Shown piece by piece: positions 1-10,620 of a DNA stretch of 64,000 nt. The notes under the pieces are model-generated. The model did not search any database and had not been told where the DNA came from. It worked only from the letters and a program-made list of their open reading frames with translations. The stretch lies in contig OZ024741.1 of the NCBI GenBank assembly GCA_964016885.1, positions 4,154,001 to 4,218,000 on the forward strand, in the 5' to 3' direction. The position numbers were made by a program, and so were the translations under genes. The stretch is from Eledone cirrhosa. Its lineage: Eukaryota. Every line of letters begins with the position of its first letter. Position 1 is the stretch's first letter.

Positions 1-1999
1 TAACCTACTGTATGACTATCAGAGATAGTTGGTGTGATGTAGGAACTAGTAACCTACTGTAGGACTATCAGAGATAGTTTCTGTGATGTTGGAACTAGTA
101 ACCTACTGTAGGACTATCAGAGATAGTTGGTGTGATGTAGGAACTAGTAACCTACTGTAGGACTATCAGAGATAGTTTCTGTGATGTTGGAACTAGTAAC
201 CTACTGTTGGACTATCAGAGATAGTTGGTGTGATGTAGGAACTAGTAACCTACTGTAGGACTATCAGAGATAGTTTCTGTGATGTTGGAACTAGTAACCT
301 ACTATAAGACTATCAGAGATAGTTGGTGTGATGTAGGAACTAGTAACCTACTGTTGGACTATCAGAGATAGTTACTGTGATGTAGGAACTAGTAACCTAT
401 TGTAGGACTGTCAGAGATAGTTGGTGTGATGTAGTAACTAGTAACCTACTGTATGACTATCAGAGATAGTTGGTGTGATGTAGGAACTAGTAACCTACTG
501 TTGGACTATCAGAGATAGTTACTGTGATGTAGGAACTAGTAACCTACTGTTGGACTATCAGAGATAGTTGGTGTGATGTAGGAACTAGTCACCTACTGTT
601 GGACTGTCAGAGATAGTTGGTGTGATGTAGGAACTAGTAACCTACTGTAGGAATATCAGAGATAGTTGGTGTGATGTAGGAACTAGTAACCTACTGTAGG
701 ACTATCAGAGATAGTTGGTGTGATGTAGGAACTAGTAACCTACTGTTGGACTGTCAGAGATAGTTACTGTGATGTAGGAACTAGTAACTTACTGTAGGAC
801 TATCAGAGATAGTTGGTGTGATGTAGGAACTAGTAACCTACTGTAGGACTATCAGAGATAGTTGGTGTGATGTAGGAACTAGTAACCTACTGTAGGACTA
901 TCAGAGATAGTTGGTGTGATGTAGGAACTAGTAACCTACTGTAGGACTATCAGAGTTAGTTACTGTGATGTAGGAACTAGTAACTTACTGTAGGACTATC
1001 AGAGATAGTTGGTGTGATGTAGGAACTAGTAACCTACTGTAGGACTGTCAGAGATAGTTAATGTGATGTAGGAACTAGTAACCTACTGTTGGACTATCAG
1101 AGATAGTTACTGTGATGTAGGAACTAGTAACCTACTGTTGGACTATCAGAGATAGTTAAAGTGATGTAGGAACTAGTAACCTACTGTAGGACTATCAGAG
1201 ATAGTTGGTGTGATGTAGGAACTAGTAACCTACTGTAGGACTGTCAGAGATAGTTACTGTGATGTAGGAACTAGTAACCTACTGTTGAACTATCAGAGAT
1301 GGTTACTGTGATGTAGGAACTAGTAACCTACTATAGGACTATCAGATATAGTTACTGTGATGTAGGAACTAGTAACCTACTGTAGGCCTATCAGAGATAG
1401 TTGGTGTGATGAAGGATCTAGTAACCTACTATAGGACTATCAGAGATAGTTACTGTGATGTAGGAACTAGTAACCTACTGTAGGACTATTAGAGATAGTT
1501 GGTGTGATGTAGAAACTAGTAACCTTGTGTAAAACTATCAGAGATAGTTACTGTGATGTAAGAACTAGTAACCTACTGTTGGACTATGAGAGATAGTTAC
1601 TGTGATGTAGGAAATAGTAATCTACTGTTGGACTATCAGAGATAGTTACTGTGATGTAGGAACTAGTAACCTACTGTAGGACTATCAGAGATAGTTACTG
1701 TGATGTAAGAACTAGTAACCTACTGTTGTAGTATCAGCGATAGTTGGTGTGATGTAGGAACTAGTAACCTACTGTTGGACTATCAGAGCTAGTTACTGTG
1801 ATGTAGTAACTCGTAACCTACTGTAGGACTATCAGAGATAGTTGGTCTGATGTAGGAACTAGTAACCTACTGTACGACTATCAGAGATAGTTGGTGTGAT
1901 GTAGGAACTAGTAACCTACTGTTGGACTATCAGAGATAGTTACTGTGATGTAGTAACTCGTAACCTACTGTAGGACTATCAGAGATAGTTGGTGTGATG
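1..1999. repeat. Higher-order block duplicated at ~10338-12336 (offset 10,337 = 211 monomers - 2 bp)
   Basis: Rare variants at a constant offset: ACTATAAGAC 301/10638, AACCTATTGT 394/10731, GAATATC 651/10988, AACCTTGTGT 1521/11858, CAGCGA 1735/12072. Identity breaks at about 2000/12337. Confidence 0.93.
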
Positions 2000-4900
2000 A
2001 AGGATCTAGTAACCTACTGTAGGACTATCAGAGATAGTTGGTGTGATGTAGGAACTAGTAACCTACTGTTGGACTGTCAGAGATAGTTACTGTGATGTAG
2101 GAACTAGTAACTTACTGTAGGACTATCAGAGATAGTTGGTGTGATGTAGGAACTAGTAACCTACTGTAGGACTATCAGAGATAGTTGGTGTGATGTAGGA
2201 ACTAGTAACCTACTGTTGGACTGTCAGAGATAGTTACTGTGATGTAGGAACTAGTAACTTACTGTAGGACTATCAGAGATAGTTGGTGTGATGTAGGAAC
2301 TAGTAACCTACTGTAGGACTATCAGAGATAGTTGGTGTGATGTAGGAACTAGTAACCTACTGTAGGACTATCAGAGATAGTTGGTGTGATGTAGGAACTA
2401 GTAACCTACTGTAGGACTATCAGAGTTAGTTACTGTGATGTAGGAACTAGTAACTTACTGTAGGACTATCAGAGATAGTTGGTGTGATGTAGGAACTAGT
2501 AACCTACTGTAGGACTGTCAGAGATAGTTAATGTGATGTAGGAACTAGTAACCTACTGTTGGACTATCAGAGATAGTTAATGTGATGTAGGAACTAGTAA
2601 CCTACTGTAGGACTATCAGAGATAGTTGGTGTGATGTAGGAACTAGTAACCTACTGTAGGACTGTCAGAGATAGTTACTGTGATGTAGGAACTAGTAACC
2701 TACTGTTGGACTATCAGAGATGGTTACTGTGATGTAGGAACTAGTAACCTACTATAGGACTATCAGATATAGTTACTGTGATGTAGGAACTAGTAACCTA
2801 CTGTTGGACTATCAGAGATAGTTACTGTGATGTAGGAACTAGTAACCTACTGTAGGCCTATCAGAGATAGTTGGTGTGATGAAGGATCTAGTAACCTACT
2901 ATAGGACTATCAGAGATAGTTACTGTGATGTAGGAACTAGTAACCTACTGTAGGACTATTAGAGATAGTTGGTGTGATGTAGAAACTAGTAACCTTGTGT
3001 AAAACTATCAGAGATAGTTACTGTGATGTAAGAACTAGTAACCTACTGTTGGACTATGAGAGATAGTTACTGTGATGTAGGAAATAGTAATCTACTGTTG
3101 GACTATCAGAGATAGTTACTGTGATGTAGGAACTAGTAACCTACTGTAGGACTATCAGAGATAGTTACTGTGATGTAAGAACTAGTAACCTACTGTAGGA
3201 CTATCAGAGATAGTTACTGTGATGTAGGAACTAGTAACCTACTGTAGGACTATCAGAGATAGTTACTGTGATGTAGGAACTAGTAACCTACTGTTGTAGT
3301 ATCAGAGATAGTTGGTGTGATGTAGGAACTAGTAACCTACTGTTGGACTATCAGAGCTAGTTACTGTGATGTAGTAACTCGTAACCTACTGTAGGACTAT
3401 CAGAGATAGTTGGTCTGATGTAGGAACTAGTAACCTACTGTACGACTATCAGAGATAGTTGGTGTGATGTAGGAACTAGTAACCTACTGTTGGACTATCA
3501 GAGATAGTTACTGTGATGTAGTAACTCGTAACCTACTGTAGGACTATCAGAGATAGTTGGTGTGATGTAAGACCTAGTAACCTACTGTAGGATTATCAGA
3601 GATAGTTGGTGTGATGTAGGAACTAGTAACCTACTGTTGGACTATCAGAGATAGTTGGTGTGATGTAAGAACTAGTAACCTACTGTAGGACTATCAGAGA
3701 TAGTTACTGTGATGTAAGAACTAATAAACTAGTGTTGGACTATCAGAGATAGTTGGTGTGATGTAGGAACTAGTAATCTACTGTAGGACTATCAGAGATA
3801 GTTGTTGTGATGTATGAACTAGTAACCTACTGTTGGACTATCAGAGATAGTTGGTGATGTAGGAACTAGTAACCTACTGTCGGACTATCAGAGATAGTTA
3901 CCGTGATGTAGGAACTAGTAACCTAATGTAGGACTATCAGAGATAGTTACTGTGATCTAAGAACTAGTAACCTACTGTTGGACTATCAGAGATAGTTGGT
4001 GTGACGTAGGAACTAGTAACCTACTGTTGGACTATCAGAGATAGTTGGTGTGATGTAGGAACTAGTAACCTACTGTAGGCCTATCAGAGTTAGTTACTGT
4101 GATGTAGGAACTAGTAACCTACTGTTGGACTATCAGAGGTAGTTGGTGTGATGTAGGAACTAGTAACCTACTGTAGGACTATCAGAGATAGTTGTTGTGA
4201 TGTATGAACTAGTAACCTACTGTTGGACTATCAGAGATAGTTACTGTCATGTAGGAACTAGTAACCTACTGTAGGACTATCAGAGATAGTTGCTGTGATG
4301 CAGGAACTAGTAACCTACTGTAGGCCTATCAGAGATAGTTACTGTGATATAGGAACTAGTAACCTACTGTTGGACTATCAGAGATAGTTACTGTGATGTA
4401 AGAACTACTAACCTACTGTATGACTATCAGAGATAGTTACTGTGATATAGGAACTAGTAACCTAATGTTGGACTATCAGAGATAGTTGGTGTGATGTAGG
4501 AACAAGTAACCTACTGTAGGACTATGAGAGATAGTTGCTGTGATGCAGGAACTAGTAACCTAATGTAGGATTATTAGAGATAGTTACTGTTATGTAAGAA
4601 CTAGTAACCTACTGTAGGACTATCAGAGATAGTTACTGTGATATAGGAACTAGTAACCTACTGTTGGACTATCAGAGATAGTTACCGTTGTGTAGGAACT
4701 AGTGACCTACTGTTGGACAATCAGAGATAATTACTGTGATGTAGGAACTAGTAACCTACTGTAGGACTAGCAGAGATAGTCACTGTGATGTAGGAACTAG
4801 TAACCTACTGTTGGACTATCAGAGATAGTTGGTGTGATGTGGGAACTAGTAACCTAATGTAGGACTATCAGAGATAGTTACTGTGATGTAGGAACTAGTA

Positions 4901-6499
4901 ACCTACTGTTGGACTATCAGAGATAGTTACTGTGATGTAAGAACTAGTAACCTACTGTAGGACTATCAGAGATAGTTACTGTGATGTACGAACTAGTAAC
5001 CTACTGTTGGACTATCAGAGATAGTTGGTGTGATCTAGGAACTAGTAACCTACTGTAGGACTATTAGAGATAGCTGGTGTGATGTAGGAACTAGTAACCT
5101 ACTGTAGGACTGTCTGAGATAGTTGGTGTGATGTAGGAACTAGTAACTTACTGTTGGACTATCAGAGATAGATGCTGTGATGCAGGAACTAGTGACCTAC
5201 TGTAGGACTATCAGAGATAGTTGGTGTGATGTAGGAACTACTAAACTACTGTAGGACTATCAGAGATGGTTACTGTGATGTAGGAACTAGTAACCTACTG
5301 TTGGACTATCAGAGATAGTTGCTGTGATGCAGGAACTAGTGACCTACTGTAGGACTATCAGAGATAGTTGGTGTGATGTAGGAACTACTAACCTACTGTA
5401 GGACTATCAGAGATAGTTTCTGTGATGTTGGAACTAGTAACCTACTGTTGGACTATCAGAGATAGTTGGTGTGATGTAGGAACTAGTAACCTACTGTAGG
5501 ACTATCAGAGATAGTTGGTGTGATGTAGGAACTAGTAACCTACTGTAGGACTATCAGAGATAGTTTCTGTGATGTTGGAACTAGTAACCTACTGTTGGAC
5601 TATCAGAGATAGTTGGTGTGATGTAGGAACTAGTAACCTACTGTAGGACTATCAGAGATAGTTTCTGTGATGTTGGAACTAGTAACCTACTGTAGGACTA
5701 TCAGAGATAGTTGGTGTGATGTAGGAACTAGTAACCTACTGTTGGACTATCAGAGATAGTTACTGTGATGTAGGAACTAGTAACCTACTGTAGGACTGTC
5801 AGAGATAGTTAGTGTGATGTAGTAACTAGTAACCTACTGTATGACTATCAGAGATAGTTGGTGTGATGTAGGAACTAGTAACCTACTGTAGGACTATCAG
5901 AGATAGTTTCTGTGATGTTGGAACTAGTAACCTACTGTAGGACTATCAGAGATAGTTGGTGTGATGTAGGAACTAGTAACCTACTGTTGGACTATCAGAG
6001 ATAGTTACTGTGATGTAGGAACTAGTAACCTACTGTAGGACTGTCAGAGATAGTTGGTGTGATGTAGTAACTAGTAACCTACTGTATGACTATCAGAGGT
6101 AGTTGGTGTGATGTAGGAACTAGTAACCTACTGTTGGACTATCAGAGATAGTTACTGTGATGTAGGAACTAGTAACCTACTGTTGGACTATCAGAGATAG
6201 TTGGTGTGATGTAGGAACTAGTCACCTACTGTTGGACTGTCAGAGATAGTTGGTGTGATGTAGGAACTAGTAACCTACTGTAGGACTATCAGAGATAGTT
6301 GGTGTGATGTAGGAACTAGTAACCTACTGTAGGACTATCAGAGATAGTTGGTGTGATGTAGGAACTAGTAACCTACTGTTGGACTGTCAGAGATAGTTAC
6401 TGTGATGTAGGAACTAGTAACTTACTGTAGGACTATCAGAGATAGTTGGTGTGATGTAGGAACTAGTAACCTACTGTAGGACTATCAGAGATAGTTGGT

Positions 6500-9400
6500 G
6501 TGATGTAGGAACTAGTAACCTACTGTAGGACTATCAGAGATAGTTGGTGTGATGTAGGAACTAGTAACCTACTGTAGGACTATCAGAGTTAGTTACTGTG
6601 ATGTAGGAACTAGTAACTTACTGTAGGACTATCAGAGATAGTTGGTGTGATGTAGGAACTAGTAACCTACTGTAGGACTGTCAGAGATAGTTAATGTGAT
6701 GTAGGAACTAGTAACCTACTGTTGGACTATCAGAGATAGTTACAGTGATGTAGGAACTAGTAACCTACTGTTGGACTATCAGAGATAGTTAATGTGATGT
6801 AGGAACTAGTAACCTACTGTAGGACTATCAGAGATAGTTGGTGTGATGTAGGAACTAGTAACCTACTGTAGGACTGTCAGAGATAGTTACTGTGATGTAG
6901 GAACTAGTAACCTACTGTTGAACTATCAGAGATGGTTACTGTGATGTAGGAACTAGTAACCTACTATAGGACTATCAGATATAGTTACTGTGATGTAGGA
7001 ACTAGTAACCTACTGTTGGACTATCAGAGGTAGTTGGTGTGATGTAGGAACTAGTAACCTACTGTAGGACTATCAGAGATAGTTGTTGTGATGTATGAAC
7101 TAGTAACCTACTGTTGGACTATCAGAGATAGTTACTGTCATGTAGGAACTAGTAACCTACTGTAGGACTATCAGAGATAGTTGCTGTGATGCAGGAACTA
7201 GTAACCTACTGTAGGCCTATCAGAGATAGTTACTGTGATATAGGAACTAGTAACCTACTGTTGGACTATCAGAGATAGTTACTGTGATGTAAGAACTAAT
7301 AACCTACTGTATGACTATCAGAGATAGTTACTGTGATATAGGAACTAGTAACCTAATGTTGGACTATCAGAGATAGTTGGTGTGATGTAGGAACAAGTAA
7401 CCTACTGTAGGACTATGAGAGATAGTTGCTGTGATGCAGGAACTAGTAACCTAATGTAGGATTATTAGAGATAGTTACTGTTATGTAAGAACTAGTAACC
7501 TACTGTAGGACTATCAGAGATAGTTACTGTGATATAGGAACTAGTAACCTACTGTTGGACTATCAGAGATAGTTACCGTTGTGTAGGAACTAGTGACCTA
7601 CTGTTGGACAATCAGAGATAATTACTGTGATGTAGGAACTAGTAACCTACTGTAGGACTATCAGAGATAGTCACTGTGATGTAGGAACTAGTAACCTACT
7701 GTTGGACTATCAGAGATAGTTGGTGTGATGTGGGAACTAGTAACCTAATGTAGGACTATCAGAGATAGTTACTGTGATGTAGGAACTAGTAACCTACTGT
7801 TGGACTATCAGAGATAGTTACTGTGATGTAAGAACTAGTAACCTACTGTAGGACTATCAGAGATAGTTACTGTGATGTAGGAACTAGTAACCTACTGTTG
7901 GACTATCAGAGATAGTTGGTGTGATCTAGGAACTAGTAACCTACTGTAGGACTATTAGAGATAGCTGGTGTGATGTAGGAACTAGTAACCTACTGTAGGA
8001 CTGTCTGAGATAGTTGGTGTGATGTAGGAACTAGTAACTTACTGTAGGACTATCAGAGATAGTTGGTGTGATGTAGGAACTACTAAACTACTATAGGACT
8101 ATCAGAGATGGTTACTGTGATGTAGGAACTAGTAACCTACTGTTGGACTATCAGAGATAGTTGCTGTGATGCAGGAACTAGTGACCTACTGTAGGACTAT
8201 CAGAGATAGTTGGTGTGATGTAGGAACTACTAACCTACTGTAGGACTATCAGAGATAGTTTCTGTGATGTTGGAACTAGTAACCTACTGTATGACTATCA
8301 GAGATAGTTGGTGTGATGTAGGAACTAGTAACCTACTGTAGGACTATCAGAGATAGTTTCTGTGATGTTGGAACTAGTAACCTACTGTAGGACTATCAGA
8401 GATAGTTGGTGTGATGTAGGAACTAGTAACCTACTGTAGGACTATCAGAGATAGTTTCTGTGATGTTGGAACTAGTAACCTACTGTTGGACTATCAGAGA
8501 TAGTTGGTGTGATGTAGGAACTAGTAACCTACTGTAGGACTATCAGAGATAGTTTCTGTGATGTAGGAACTAGTAACCTACTGTAGGACTATCAGAGATA
8601 GTTGGTGTGATGTAGGAACTAGTAACCTACTGTAGGACTATCAGAGTTAGTTACTGTGATGTAGGAACTAGTAACTTACTGTAGGACTATCAGAGATAGT
8701 TGGTGTGATGTAGGAACTAGTAACCTACTGTAGGACTGTCAGAGATAGTTAATGTGATGTAGGAACTAGTAACCTACTGTTGGACTATCAGAGATAGTTA
8801 CTGTGATGTAGGAACTAGTAACCTACTGTTGGACTATCAGAGATAGTTAATGTGATGTAGGAACTAGTAACCTACTGTAGGACTATCAGAGATAGTTGGT
8901 GTGATGTAGGAACTAGTAACCTACTGTAGGACTGTCAGAGATAGTTACTGTGATGTAGGAACTAGTAACCTACTGTTGAACTATCAGAGATGGTTACTGT
9001 GATGTAGGAACTAGTAACCTACTATAGGACTATCAGATATAGTTACTGTGATGTAGGAACTAGTAACCTACTGTTGGACTATCAGAGGTAGTTGGTGTGA
9101 TGTAGGAACTAGTAACCTACTGTAGGACTATCAGAGATAGTTGTTGTGATGTATGAACTAGTAACCTACTGTTGGACTATCAGAGATAGTTACTGTCATG
9201 TAGGAACTAGTAACCTACTGTAGGACTATCAGAGATAGTTGCTGTGATGCAGGAACTAGTAACCTACTGTAGGCCTATCAGAGATAGTTACTGTGATATA
9301 GGAACTAGTAACCTACTGTTGGACTATCAGAGATAGTTACTGTGATGTAAGAACTAATAACCTACTGTATGACTATCAGAGATAGTTACTGTGATATAGG

Positions 9401-10620
9401 AACTAGTAACCTAATGTTGGACTATCAGAGATAGTTGGTGTGATGTAGGAACAAGTAACCTACTGTAGGACTATGAGAGATAGTTGCTGTGATGCAGGAA
9501 CTAGTAACCTAATGTAGGATTATTAGAGATAGTTACTGTTATGTAAGAACTAGTAACCTACTGTAGGACTATCAGAGATAGTTACTGTGATATAGGAACT
9601 AGTAACCTACTGTTGGACTATCAGAGATAGTTACCGTTGTGTAGGAACTAGTGACCTACTGTTGGACAATCAGATATAATTACTGTGATGTAGGAACTAG
9701 TAACCTACTGTAGGACTATCAGAGATAGTCACTGTGATGTAGGAACTAGTAACCTACTGTTGGACTATCAGAGATAGTTGGTGTGATGTGGGAACTAGTA
9801 ACCTAATGTAGGACTATCAGAGATAGTTACTGTGATGTAGGAACTAGTAACCTACTGTTGGACTATCAGAGATAGTTACTGTGATGTAAGAACTAGTAAC
9901 CTACTGTAGGACTATCAGAGATAGTTACTGTGATGTAGGAACTAGTAACCTACTGTTGGACTATCAGAGATAGTTGGTGTGATCTAGGAACTAGTAACCT
10001 ACTGTAGGACTATTAGAGATAGCTGGTGTGATGTAGGAACTAGTAACCTACTGTAGGACTGTCTGAGATAGTTGGTGTGATGTAGGAACTAGTAACTTAC
10101 TGTAGGACTATCAGAGATAGTTGGTGTGATGTAGGAACTACTAAACTACTATAGGACTATCAGAGATGGTTACTGTGATGTAGGAACTAGTAACCTACTG
10201 TTGGACTATCAGAGATAGTTGCTGTGATGCAGGAACTAGTGACCTACTGTAGGACTATCAGAGATAGTTGGTGTGATGTAGGAACTACTAACCTACTGTA
10301 GGACTATCAGAGATAGTTTCTGTGATGTTGGAACTAGTAACCTACTGTATGACTATCAGAGATAGTTGGTGTGATGTAGGAACTAGTAACCTACTGTAGG
10401 ACTATCAGAGATAGTTTCTGTGATGTTGGAACTAGTAACCTACTGTAGGACTATCAGAGATAGTTGGTGTGATGTAGGAACTAGTAACCTACTGTAGGAC
10501 TATCAGAGATAGTTTCTGTGATGTTGGAACTAGTAACCTACTGTTGGACTATCAGAGATAGTTGGTGTGATGTAGGAACTAGTAACCTACTGTAGGACTA
10601 TCAGAGATAGTTTCTGTGAT
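6500..10620. repeat. Tandem duplication of a 42-monomer (2,058-bp) higher-order unit
   Basis: GAGTT 6586/8644 and AACAAG 7392/9450 are both offset by 2,058 = 42x49. I noticed only two differences (TACAGTG ~6741, CAGATATAAT ~9671). An older partial copy has AACAAG at 4501 (offset 2,891 = 59x49). Confidence 0.92.

Noticed and set aside
1-8. Telomere-like motif TAACCTA (part of the TTAGG/CCTAA arthropod-type repeat)
   Set aside because: Only a single 7-8-bp match per monomer, never tandem, and TAGG occurs on the same strand. Too short to support telomeric origin.
4001-4010. TGACGT (CRE-like) variant and the GATA motifs (AGATAG, CTATC) as regulatory sites
   Set aside because: Short motifs expected by chance; no gene or promoter context to support function.
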